64,000 nucleotides of DNA from an uncultured delta proteobacterium (GTDB lineage Bacteria > Desulfobacterota > DSM-4660 > Desulfatiglandales > HGW-15), in contig CAVPOU010000004.1 of the NCBI GenBank assembly GCA_963707125.1, forward strand, positions 84,241-148,240, given 5' to 3'. Made by a program: the position numbers and the translations under genes. Shown piece by piece: positions 1-8,475 of the stretch. Below the pieces are notes generated by a model. The model was not told the origin of the DNA. It saw nothing but the letters and a program-made list of their open reading frames with translations, and did not search any database. The number at the start of each line of letters is the position of its first letter. Positions within the stretch are counted from its first letter, which is position 1.

Positions 1-16
1 CGGATCCAATCCCGAG

Positions 17-2548
17 TCATTCGACCGCAGGGTTCAGTCCATGCCTCTGTTCCCAGTCATCCGGGATTCCGTCCCCGTCCCAGTCCACACACACCGGGCC
101 GTGCATGGTCCTGGTCCCATCAAAATCAATGTCCTCCAGCTTGTAGTAGTAGAGCCTTCCACGCACCACTCCCCTATCCACATAGGTGTAGTCCCTTCCC
201 CTCACCGAGAAGGTCAGCCCGGGAATGAGCCTGTCCGTTATCCTCGTGTACGGCCCTCCCACACTCTCAGACCGGTACACGTGGAACCCAAAATTATCTA
301 TCTCCTGCGCCGTACTCCAGGAAACCAACACCTCGCTCTCTCCGCCGGTCGCTCTCAAAGAGAGAAGATCCACAGCCGTGGGCGGGCTCGCCTGCTCAGC
401 GCCGATGCTCACAAATCCGCTGGCCCCGCTCTCCGTTTTGTTCGGCCAGTTCATGTTATTGTATTCCGTCTGAATCCAGCACGCATCGCGGGGAACTCTG
501 GAAATCCGGACTTCGTCGAGGCTTCCGTCGAAGTAATGAAAGCTAGGAATGTATCCAAAAAGTAACGGCTGTGCCGTAGCATCTATGGTGCCTGTAGTCT
601 GGGGATACTGGTTTTCCTGTACGCCGTTTCTGTAAGTTGTAACATTTGACCCGTCATACGTTAAAACCAGATGTTCCCATATCCCCAACGAAAGAGCCCA
701 GACATTATTCTGATAGGGGGCTTCATCAATTTCGAATGAACCGGCGCCACCATAGGTCCACATCCAGTATTGACGATAGGTATTGTCACCCTTTGCAAGG
801 ATCCCCGCGTCACTCACCCAGCTGTTTACATTAAGCCAGAGCTCAACTGTGACATAATTGACATTAAGAATAGCGTTGTTTCCGCAATCCACATAATCGT
901 CATCCCCCGCAAAATAGTCTGCCCCACCTATCTTTCCAGTCGCATTGGTTGTGCCTCCACCCCCATCCTGAAAGTTTCGCGGCGTACCCGCGCCATTGTT
1001 ACCCGTTGAATCCACATGCCCCGCTACTCCATCATTAGGACTCTCGCTCAAATGCCACACCCCCACATAATTGGTATCCCATACCTGAGTTGGAGTTGCT
1101 GGGGGGGACGCAATGGAGCTATTGCCGTAATCCATGTAGATAACCGTATCAGTGCTGACGGAAAGGCTGGGAATCCTTACCCATGCGAGAAGCGTTCCGC
1201 TTGCCCCATCATACCTCTCGATCTCATGATCGAGTTGATTCAAGTCGGTGCCCCTGAAGATGATGTCATATCCGCTGCTACTGGTGACACGTCCGCCATT
1301 GGCCGTGGTCTTGAGATTGTTGTCGTTCTGGATGCTGATCAGAACAGGAAAGTCTGTTAGATTCGCGGAACAGCTCGCGCCCACCCTGGTCCGATCAATC
1401 GTGATGGGCTTTCGATAGGAAAACACCTCGGCAAATTGGACGACGAACCAACCGACATTTGCTGTGGCGGAGCCGGTGACCCCCCGGGTGATCCGGAGGT
1501 TCGTCGAGCTGGTGAGATCCAGAGTGAACCAACCGACGCCCGGGACATCATCGCCCGTGTAAGCGGACTTGCCGCCCCGGCCAAAGTAACCGCCCGCGGC
1601 GAGGCTCTTGGTGGTGTCCACGCTGGTGATAGTCACATCTTTCTGCGTCTCCGAGGTGGTGAAACTCTGTGAGCCGCGCTGGACGGTGGTGGCATCGGTG
1701 AAGGTGACCAGGTACCAGGTGAGATTGAGGTTCTCCAGGTTGTTGGCGTAGGTGCTGTCTCGGTCGAAGGTGAGGGTGGTGGCGTTGGTGAGCTGGTCCC
1801 TGACGAGCTTCTGGCTGATGTTGACCCCGGTGCCGCTAGGGCAGTTGTACGACGAGATCAGCCAGCTCTTGTTCACGTCCACGCTTGTGACCGTGGCGGT
1901 CTTGGAGGTATCGGTGTACAGAAAGGTCAAATCCCCGGACTGGACGATTGCGGAGTCGTACTGCACGACCTGCCACTCCACATAGGAGGTGGCATCCCCG
2001 TTTAACTGCATGGTGAGGTTAAGATTCGTGCTGCTGGTGAGCTTGGCCTTGACAAAGTCGTTGCCCCCGAAGCTCGCCCCACTGACCCTGTAGCTGATGA
2101 GAGGGAAGCTCTTGGTCGTGTCCACGCTGGTGATCGGAATGTCCAGGGAGGTGATCCCGTTCAGAGCCGCCGAGGTACCCCGCTGAACCGTGACCCCGCT
2201 TGTGACCTCTGCGACGTACCACTTCACAGTGACCGCTCCGGTAGTGCCATTCCGCTGGAAGGTGAGGGTGGTTCCGTTGGTGATCTGGCCCGTGATCTGA
2301 CCATCGTTCGGGGCACTGGTGTTTTCGCTCACCCCAAAGACCAGGAAGGCCTTAGTCGTGTCCACGGCGGTGATGGTCGCGGTAGCGATGCTATCGCCGC
2401 CGGCGATGGTGGTGATGCCGGTCTGGACGCCAGCAGCCTGTGCGACACCTGCGAAGGCAAGAGCCGCTAAAAGGATTAGAAGGCTCGCCCTCACCGCCAT
2501 CAAAGAACGAGAGCTGAAACGCTTTGAGTTTATCTTTTTTGTCCTCAT
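17..2548 (-). CDS. Secreted multidomain surface protein: signal peptide, four tandem ~90-aa beta-rich repeats, DUF2341-like domain, LamG/concanavalin-like domain, C-terminal beta-sandwich with Asp-rich tail
   Basis: 843-aa ORF. The N-terminus MRTKK...LAALAFAGVAQA looks like a signal peptide. Units ending ..(I/V)TSVDTTKS.. / ..TVQRG.. recur four times. FSYRKPITIDR..DFPVLISI..VIYMDYGN fits the DUF2341 pattern. GVWHLSE..LDEVRISRVPR fits the Laminin_G_3 pattern. The tail is DWDGDGIPDD. Recognised by eye only. Confidence 0.8.
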   Translation of the reverse strand: MRTKKINSKRFSSRSLMAVRASLLILLAALAFAGVAQAAGVQTGITTIAGGDSIATATITAVDTTKAFLVFGVSENTSAPNDGQITGQITNGTTLTFQRNGTTGAVTVKWYVAEVTSGVTVQRGTSAALNGITSLDIPITSVDTTKSFPLISYRVSGASFGGNDFVKAKLTSSTNLNLTMQLNGDATSYVEWQVVQYDSAIVQSGDLTFLYTDTSKTATVTSVDVNKSWLISSYNCPSGTGVNISQKLVRDQLTNATTLTFDRDSTYANNLENLNLTWYLVTFTDATTVQRGSQSFTTSETQKDVTITSVDTTKSLAAGGYFGRGGKSAYTGDDVPGVGWFTLDLTSSTNLRITRGVTGSATANVGWFVVQFAEVFSYRKPITIDRTRVGASCSANLTDFPVLISIQNDNNLKTTANGGRVTSSSGYDIIFRGTDLNQLDHEIERYDGASGTLLAWVRIPSLSVSTDTVIYMDYGNSSIASPPATPTQVWDTNYVGVWHLSESPNDGVAGHVDSTGNNGAGTPRNFQDGGGGTTNATGKIGGADYFAGDDDYVDCGNNAILNVNYVTVELWLNVNSWVSDAGILAKGDNTYRQYWMWTYGGAGSFEIDEAPYQNNVWALSLGIWEHLVLTYDGSNVTTYRNGVQENQYPQTTGTIDATAQPLLFGYIPSFHYFDGSLDEVRISRVPRDACWIQTEYNNMNWPNKTESGASGFVSIGAEQASPPTAVDLLSLRATGGESEVLVSWSTAQEIDNFGFHVYRSESVGGPYTRITDRLIPGLTFSVRGRDYTYVDRGVVRGRLYYYKLEDIDFDGTRTMHGPVCVDWDGDGIPDDWEQRHGLNPAVE

Positions 2549-3026
2549 GGTTTCATGCCTTATTCGTTGGAAACCTATTGCTTAAAGAAACTCCTGAAGG
2601 CAAGCGAGAATCGTCCCTGCATTACTCTGAGCAAGACCTGTGCCATGGAGTTAACACCAAACATTCTTCGTGATTTCAAAATGTTGCCAAGGAAGTGTAA
2701 ATCTAATTGTCAGAAAGATCTTGACAATTTCTGTCCAATTTGGATATTTTTGGGGAGGGATTGCTTAACTTACGATGGATCATTTAATTAGTTCATTTCT
2801 CAGGCCTACTCCCAACAAATGGTGATATTCACCTATGAGAGATACCAGGTCTTTGCGTTCTGCGAATTGGGAATCAAGGGTTTACAAGGGGAGGTCCATC
2901 CATTATTGTATTCTACCTGAGAGCAAGAAGGGGTTTGTTAACCGGTGAGCTCTGCTGGAACATCTAGCCGGTATTTTTCCGTAGTCTGCTCTCATTAGTT
3001 CAAAGTCGTCCTTGAGGTTTAAGCTA

Positions 3027-4295
3027 ATGAATGGCAAAGATGATAAGAACGGGGAAAAAGCAACCCCTCTATCCAGTAGCCAGGAATTGTTTGAAAAGAT
3101 CTTCAAGCGAGCAACGATGGAGATCAAAAGGGAAAAATCAGGGGAAGTTCAAACTCACCAACCCACCCCAAAATCCGATCCAGGACGAAGACAGCATCAA
3201 ACAAAGACACCGGAGATTAAGAAGAGCGCCGTTAAGGGTGCAGGGCCTCCTACCCCTCGAAAGCTTGAAACAGCCAAAACACCTCTTCCGGTGAAGAGTG
3301 AAAGAGCAGATTCAAACCCTCCGCCAAAAGGCATGTCCAAAACCGACAAGAAAAACGCGAAGAGATCCGGTGCTCCGAAGGCAGCAGTCCTCCTAGTCCT
3401 TCTAGCTATTCTTGCCGGGATAGTTTCGAACTACATGGGGATCATCGATATTTCTCTTTTGCTCAATTATTTTGGATTTGGTCCTCAGCAGGTCGTTCAA
3501 GCACCTATTCCCAGGAAACAACCGGCGAAGCCTCCTGAAAAGCCTGCTATCTCCCCAAAGCAACCGCAAGCGCAGGAAAAGGTTTCCACACCCCCACCTG
3601 CGCCAAGCGAACCAACTCCTCCAGCTGTGTCGAAGGAGGAGAAACTCGTGGAATTGGAAACGCCCACAGCAATCGCACAAGCAGCGCCGGGCGAGGAGCG
3701 AATCGAGAAAAAAGCGCCCTCCGTGTCCACTACCGACCAACCTAAGCCTCCTGAGGTTTCTGCCAAGCAGGAACCTCAGCCACTGCCACTCCAGACTCAG
3801 CCTTCGGCCAAACCCAGCGCAACGGAAGTTTCTCCCTCTCCGCCAAGGACCCCTGAATACCCTTATTCCGTATATCTCGGCTCTTTGAAAGCCCATGAAG
3901 CAGTTAAGAAAGCCATCTCCGACTATCAGGAAAAGGGGCTTTCTCCTTATTGGACAAAAGTGGATCTAGGGGATAAAGGTGTTTGGTTCAGGGTTTTTGC
4001 AGGGTATTTTCGAACCAAAGATGAGACCGAGAAGTACATCAGGGACCGGAACATTCAAGGAGCTACGCCTGGGATTACAAAATACGCAAATTGGATTGGG
4101 AGCTATGGATCTGACAAGGAAGTTGAGGATCAGAAGCGAGCGCTTCTGTCTGCAGGCTTTTATCCTTACGTCATTAAAGCGCCTGACGGGAAGAGCTTGC
4201 TCTATTCAGGAGCTTTTGACCGAAAGGAGTATGCGGAAAAAGAGCGAAGCGCCTTGGCCTCTAAAGGCATCAAGAGCGAAGTCGTAGAGCGGTAG
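3027..4295 (+). CDS. SPOR domain-containing membrane protein with a Pro/Lys-rich linker
   Basis: The ORF is open from 3012. ATG at 3027 has GAGG 9 nt upstream. One TM segment (AAVLLVLLAILAGIV), then a long P/K/E/Q-rich region. Two C-terminal SPOR-like units (YSVYLGSLKAHEAVKK..WFRVFAGYF and NWIGSYGSDKEVED..LLYSGAFD). Confidence 0.8.
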   Translation: MNGKDDKNGEKATPLSSSQELFEKIFKRATMEIKREKSGEVQTHQPTPKSDPGRRQHQTKTPEIKKSAVKGAGPPTPRKLETAKTPLPVKSERADSNPPPKGMSKTDKKNAKRSGAPKAAVLLVLLAILAGIVSNYMGIIDISLLLNYFGFGPQQVVQAPIPRKQPAKPPEKPAISPKQPQAQEKVSTPPPAPSEPTPPAVSKEEKLVELETPTAIAQAAPGEERIEKKAPSVSTTDQPKPPEVSAKQEPQPLPLQTQPSAKPSATEVSPSPPRTPEYPYSVYLGSLKAHEAVKKAISDYQEKGLSPYWTKVDLGDKGVWFRVFAGYFRTKDETEKYIRDRNIQGATPGITKYANWIGSYGSDKEVEDQKRALLSAGFYPYVIKAPDGKSLLYSGAFDRKEYAEKERSALASKGIKSEVVER

Positions 4296-4300
4296 AAGAA

Positions 4301-4336
4301 GTAATGAGTAATGAGTAACGAGGACTGAGGACTGAG
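4301..4336. repeat. Heptamer array (TAATGAG x2, TAACGAG, GACTGAG x2); its last 18 nt form the left arm of a perfect inverted repeat
   Basis: Read directly: gtaatgagtaatgagtaacgaggactgaggactgag. CGAGGACTGAGGACTGAG at 4319-4336 is the exact reverse complement of 4854-4871. Confidence 0.85.
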
Positions 4337-4424
4337 TAGAATAAACCCAGTACGGAAGACTGAGGCCTCAGTAATGAGTTTAAAACCGACAGAAACAAGG
4401 ACCTCAGGCCTGGTTACCCAGTCC

Positions 4425-4811
4425 TTAATGGGCTTTTGCCTGTTTCGCCACGGAAGACCTTAGACCGCCCACGATCCTCCCAACTTCTTCAGCGAGTAGC
4501 AATATTTCTTCAAACTCCGATTCGGCGACGTATCCGACGTCGAGGGCAACATAGAGTATCGACCGAAGCTCAGCACAGGAGCCCTTTGCGATTGAGAGAA
4601 ATTGATGGAATTCTTTTCGGCCACCTCTTTCAAATCCTTCTGCAATGTTGGACATAATTGAAACGGCAGCCCTTTGGATCTGACCTAAGAGACCAAAATC
4701 CCTCGCAAATCGATCTTGTCGAGTGATCTCATAGATTTTCTTTGCCAGTTGCCTCGCCTTTTGCCAAGCTATCAAATGTTCAAACCGCGTGATCTTGCCT
4801 TTCTCACCCAT
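4425..4811 (-). CDS. Four-helix-bundle protein (23S rRNA intervening-sequence protein / Avd-like family)
   Basis: 128-aa [58 protein letters not shown] is the characteristic pattern of this family. Confidence 0.85.
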   Translation of the reverse strand: MGEKGKITRFEHLIAWQKARQLAKKIYEITRQDRFARDFGLLGQIQRAAVSIMSNIAEGFERGGRKEFHQFLSIAKGSCAELRSILYVALDVGYVAESEFEEILLLAEEVGRIVGGLRSSVAKQAKAH

Positions 4812-4853
4812 ACCTACTCTCCCTCTTTTGCCACTGATTTTCCTCGCTCATTG

Positions 4854-4871
4854 CTCAGTCCTCAGTCCTCG
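4854..4871. repeat. Right arm of the 18-bp perfect inverted repeat flanking the four-helix-bundle gene
   Basis: CTCAGTCCTCAGTCCTCG is the reverse complement of 4319-4336. It overlaps the last codons and stop of the radical SAM gene (..PRTED*). CAATGAG- and CGAG-type heptamers continue outward. Confidence 0.85.
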
Positions 4872-6111
4872 GCACTAGCCTTTCCACCATCTCCATCATT
4901 TGCCGGTGCTTTGTGCCTCCCGGACAATACTCGCACTCTCCGTGAGGGGATATGGGAATTTTAAAAGCATGGGCTCTAAGGTGGGCGACCTGACAGAGGA
5001 AGTCCACAGGTTCTTCTGCATCTCCGCACTCAAGCACCCCGTTTGCAGGGCACATGCCGCACATGCTCCTTAGCTCGCAGGCCAGGCACTTTGTCTTTCG
5101 AGTGGCCTTCTTCCTGCTCACCTTCAGCAGGAACTCCTCCCAGCCTTCCTTGAAGCTGCCTTTCCTTAGGTCGTAGGTTTCGCCGTGCCGGAGCACGCAG
5201 GTGCTCAGCTTTCCGGAAGCGTCTATCGCAAAAGTGTTGTGAGCACCGCCGCAGGTGTAGAGTTCAACCCCCTCCTCAGGGTTGTGAGCAGGCCTCTTGA
5301 AATGCTCGCAGAACTTGACCCATTCGTTTTTCCTGTTCGGCTCCTTCAAATCCAGCTCCACCACTTCCGTGGGAGAGAGCCTCACACTAAGAGGGGCAAG
5401 CGATGAGTCAACCCTTCGGCTACCCCGTGCTTCTCCACGGGGCCTGCTCAGGGTTGACCCTGAGCGGGGCTTGAGCGCCGTCGAAGGGTCAACCCGAGGA
5501 TTGATCATGGCGTCAAACCGGAACTCCAGGCCCAGTTCCTCTTCGACGAAACGCTTCATGTCCCATATCTCATGGGTGTTGGGCTTGAGGACCATGGTCT
5601 TCAGAATCGGCGGCAAGCCCACCTCCATGAGAAGCCGCACTCCCCGCATGGTCCTGTCAAAGGACTTGGCAACACCCGTGACTCTATCATGCGTCACCGC
5701 TGTGCAGCCATAGAGGGAGACTTCTACGGAGAAAGGTCTCCACGTGGCCAGATATTCCGCTACCGCAGGGGTGATGAGGGTCGCGTTGGTGAAAAGAGTG
5801 ATCAGGAACCCTGCGTTCTTGGCATGCGCATAGATGTCTAAGAAATCCTTTCTGACAAAGATCTCCCCTCCGGTGTAAAGCAGCCACAGGCATCCTTCTG
5901 CGGCCAGCTCGTCAAGGATTCGGCAATGTTCGCCAAGAGTGAGTTCGGTGCGGCGGGCTTGTTGATCGCTAAGTGGAAGATTATTGTAGCAGTGAACACA
6001 GGTGAGGTTGCAGCGCTTGGTGACCTCCATGGAGCCATCGATGGGAACCCGTTTCGCTACAACGCGATCATGAACGCTCAGGCTCCAGTCTTGATAACTT
6101 TGAGTTTCCAT
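4855..6111 (-). CDS. Radical SAM / SPASM domain protein (peptide-maturase-like)
   Basis: 418-aa ORF. CNLTCVHC is the CxxxCxxC triad near the N-terminus. C-terminal Cys clusters (YTCGGAHNTFAIDASGKLSTC, CLACELRSMCGMCPANG, CEYCPGG) are typical of a SPASM/twitch extension. Confidence 0.85.
   Translation of the reverse strand: METQSYQDWSLSVHDRVVAKRVPIDGSMEVTKRCNLTCVHCYNNLPLSDQQARRTELTLGEHCRILDELAAEGCLWLLYTGGEIFVRKDFLDIYAHAKNAGFLITLFTNATLITPAVAEYLATWRPFSVEVSLYGCTAVTHDRVTGVAKSFDRTMRGVRLLMEVGLPPILKTMVLKPNTHEIWDMKRFVEEELGLEFRFDAMINPRVDPSTALKPRSGSTLSRPRGEARGSRRVDSSLAPLSVRLSPTEVVELDLKEPNRKNEWVKFCEHFKRPAHNPEEGVELYTCGGAHNTFAIDASGKLSTCVLRHGETYDLRKGSFKEGWEEFLLKVSRKKATRKTKCLACELRSMCGMCPANGVLECGDAEEPVDFLCQVAHLRAHAFKIPISPHGECEYCPGGTKHRQMMEMVERLVPRTED
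5405..5497. repeat. In-frame palindromic insertion inside the radical SAM gene
   Basis: Three copies of a 10-mer in alternating orientation: GTCAACCC at 5407-5414, GGGTTGACCC at 5451-5460, GGGTCAACCC at 5486-5495. An inner hairpin is CCCCGTG-cttctc-CACGGGG. The segment translates to the low-complexity stretch DPSTALKPRSGSTLSRPRGEARGSRRVDSSL between the core and the SPASM part. Confidence 0.5.
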
Positions 6112-6177
6112 GGATCAACATGGTACCATACCGTTTGAGCTTCTGCAAAACCCCTTAACATCCGAATACAAGACCAA

Positions 6178-6399
6178 TCACGAAAGCACGAAATTAGGAA
6201 AGCACGAAGGAAAACCAGGAGAGCTTTCTTTATATTTGTCAATCCTGATGGGTTTGTAAGAAGTCAGGAAATGACCTCTTGGGTCATTCCGGCGGAAGCC
6301 GGAATCCATTAAAAACAATCCATCCTGGACCCCGGCTTCCGCCGGGGTGACGGCTTTGAGGGCATTCCGGGAGAGCATCTGTTTTCATGCCTTCGTGTT
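6178..6399. repeat. MITE/REP-like intergenic element with CACGAAGG-containing terminal inverted repeats and internal hairpins
   Basis: The left end agcacgaaggaaaac (6201-6215) matches the right end gttttcatgccttcgtgtt (6381-6399). Internal perfect hairpins are ATTCCGGC-ggaa-GCCGGAAT (6286-6305) and CCCCGGC-ttcc-GCCGGGG (6330-6347). CACGAA motifs are reiterated at 6179-6206. Confidence 0.6.
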
Positions 6400-6481
6400 A
6401 GCGCTTCCTTTCTTGGTGCCAACTCGGCGCTTGTAGCAGAATTCCAGGTGAGGTAAAATAATCCTGCAAGCTGATTGACAC

Positions 6482-8296
6482 ATGCGGAGGGCAAGGGATC
6501 TGGATAACTGGTGGACCTATCTGAAGCAGGGACTTTCGCGTCCATCCCCTGAAGACAGGATTGCAGGTCAGGAGGGGTACGGAAACACTCTCGATAGTCT
6601 CCGCAACCTGCGACCGTACCTCCTCCGTCACTGGCGAAACGCGGCCGCTGGCCTTCTTCTCATTCTTTTTGCCTCCCTTCTCGCTTTCCCCCAGCCGCTC
6701 ATCACACGGTACATCGTGGATGATGTCATTCTGAAACGCCAGCTCGGGCTTCTGGCAGGCGCTATTGCTTTGCTCATCGTTCTTATCCTGGCTGAAAAAC
6801 TCGTCAAGGTGCTTGAAGACTTCACCTTTGCCCGTTTTGAGCAGGGAATCACGCTCGACATCCAGCAACGCCTCTTTGACAGGGTCCTCCACTTTCCCAA
6901 GTCCTTCTTCGATGAAATCCAGACCGGATATTTGATGTCCAGACTATCCGACGATGCAGAGGGGCTGCGCTGGTTCTTTTCGAGCACCGTTGTGTACGTT
7001 CTCAGCAATCTGATCCGATTCGCAGGAGGTGTCGGTTTTCTCTTTTACCTCGAGTGGCGGCTCGCGGTGATCATTCTCGTTATCTTTCCTGGGATCCTCT
7101 TTGCCATGAATTACTTTGCGAGAAAAGTGCATGTCCTGAGCCATCGCAGCATGGAGCAGGAAGCCCACATCTCCAGCCGCATGCAGGAAGCCCTGTCCTC
7201 CACGCCCTTGATCAAATCCTTCGCATCCGAGGATAGAACGCAGAATCGTCTCGTCTCCGAACTCAAAAAAGCATTTCAAATCTCCCTTGAGCAAACCGCT
7301 GTCAGCTCCTTGGCGGACACGGCGATCAGCATCCTGCCTGCTGTTTCGCGAGGCATTGCTCTTGCTCTAGGCGCCTACTGGGTCATCAAGGAGGAGTGGA
7401 CACTGGGCTCCCTTCTCGCGTTCCAGGGTTATCTGGGATATGTCTTTGGCCCGGCCCAGTTCCTCGCAACCGCCAATCTCCAGCTCCAGAAAGCCCTGGC
7501 AGCCCTTCAACGGATTTGGGCCCTCTTCCGAATCCTCCCTGAGGAGAATTCACGGACGGGGATCAAAGTGGATCATTTGAAGGGTGAAATCGAGTTCAGG
7601 GAAGTCTCTTTCTCTTACAACGGCCGTGAAAACGTGCTCGATCGTCTCTCTTTCGAGATCCGGCCCGGTGAACATTTGGCCGTGGCGGGACAGAGCGGTG
7701 TCGGAAAAACGACGCTCCTGAGTCTTATCCTTTGCTTCTACAGGCCTACGTCGGGTGAGATTTATTTTGACAGCCGGCCTGCATCCGATCTCCAGGTCAC
7801 GTCGTTGAGGAAAAAAATCGGGTATGTTTCTCAGAACACTCTCCTCTTGTCCGGTACGATCATGGATAACCTCAGGTACGGAAACCCCGAGGCCGGTGAG
7901 GAGGAAATGATTCAGGCATCCCGAGCAGCGGAATTGCATGATTTCATTACGGGTCTGCCATCGGGCTACCACACAGAGATCGGGGAAAAGGGAATAAGAT
8001 TATCGGAAGGGCAGAAACAGAGGCTTTCCATTGCAAGAGCGTTGGTCAAGGTACCGGATGTCCTTGTTCTTGATGAGCCCACCTCCTCCCTTGACGGCAA
8101 GACAGAGGGATCGATCCTTCGTTCTCTCCCTGCCTTCGTAAAGGACAAAACCCTCCTTGTCGTATCCAACAAACTCTCTACGCTGAAGTATTGCGATCGC
8201 GTGTTGCTCCTGGATGAAAACAAGCGCCTCACCTCGAGCACTCACCAGCAGCTTATGGAGACGAACGAGTATTACCGGTCCCTCATCCCGCATTAG
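6482..8296 (+). CDS. ABC exporter, fused permease/ATPase (MsbA/type-1 exporter-like)
   Basis: 604-aa ORF. About six predicted TM helices in the N-terminal half. Walker A GQSGVGKTT, signature LSEGQKQR, Walker B VLVLDEPTS. Confidence 0.9.
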   Translation: MRRARDLDNWWTYLKQGLSRPSPEDRIAGQEGYGNTLDSLRNLRPYLLRHWRNAAAGLLLILFASLLAFPQPLITRYIVDDVILKRQLGLLAGAIALLIVLILAEKLVKVLEDFTFARFEQGITLDIQQRLFDRVLHFPKSFFDEIQTGYLMSRLSDDAEGLRWFFSSTVVYVLSNLIRFAGGVGFLFYLEWRLAVIILVIFPGILFAMNYFARKVHVLSHRSMEQEAHISSRMQEALSSTPLIKSFASEDRTQNRLVSELKKAFQISLEQTAVSSLADTAISILPAVSRGIALALGAYWVIKEEWTLGSLLAFQGYLGYVFGPAQFLATANLQLQKALAALQRIWALFRILPEENSRTGIKVDHLKGEIEFREVSFSYNGRENVLDRLSFEIRPGEHLAVAGQSGVGKTTLLSLILCFYRPTSGEIYFDSRPASDLQVTSLRKKIGYVSQNTLLLSGTIMDNLRYGNPEAGEEEMIQASRAAELHDFITGLPSGYHTEIGEKGIRLSEGQKQRLSIARALVKVPDVLVLDEPTSSLDGKTEGSILRSLPAFVKDKTLLVVSNKLSTLKYCDRVLLLDENKRLTSSTHQQLMETNEYYRSLIPH

Positions 8297-8301
8297 AGCA
8301 T

Positions 8302-8420
8302 GCTGATGAAAAACGCCCATCTGCGGCGTTTCCCTCATCCCTCGTCACTGCGGCGTACTTCTGTGTACGCCTCGTTCCTCGGAATTTCGGGTGCCTTGCA
8401 TCTAGGCGTTTTTGATCAGC
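8302..8420. repeat. 119-bp repeat with 23-bp imperfect terminal inverted repeats (family 2, copy 1)
   Basis: GCTGATGAAAAACGCCCATCTGC (8302-8324) versus GCATCTAGGCGTTTTTGATCAGC (8398-8420). The interior shares tgcggcgta..tacgc..gccttgcatcta with 13125-13227. Confidence 0.6.
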
Positions 8421-8475
8421 CTGCTTATCAGGTAGTCTTCAGAGGTTTCGGTGCTCTGGGTCCTTCTTTTTCTGT

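Noticed and set aside
2731-2760. A sigma-70-like promoter (TTGACA-N17-ATATTT), a possible short transcript or 16-codon ORF upstream of the SPOR gene, and similar hexamer pairs near 12040-12070 and 10555-10590.
   Set aside because: Hexamer matches alone are common in ~50% GC DNA. There is no supporting structure or conservation visible from a single sequence.
4301-4336. Tandem heptamers, and other short tandem motifs (e.g. 8470-8495 TGTCTAC units), as a CRISPR array or other long tandem array.
   Set aside because: The units are 7 nt with no spacers, only 3-5 copies are present, and no cas genes are nearby. They are arms of inverted repeats or coding-sequence coincidences.
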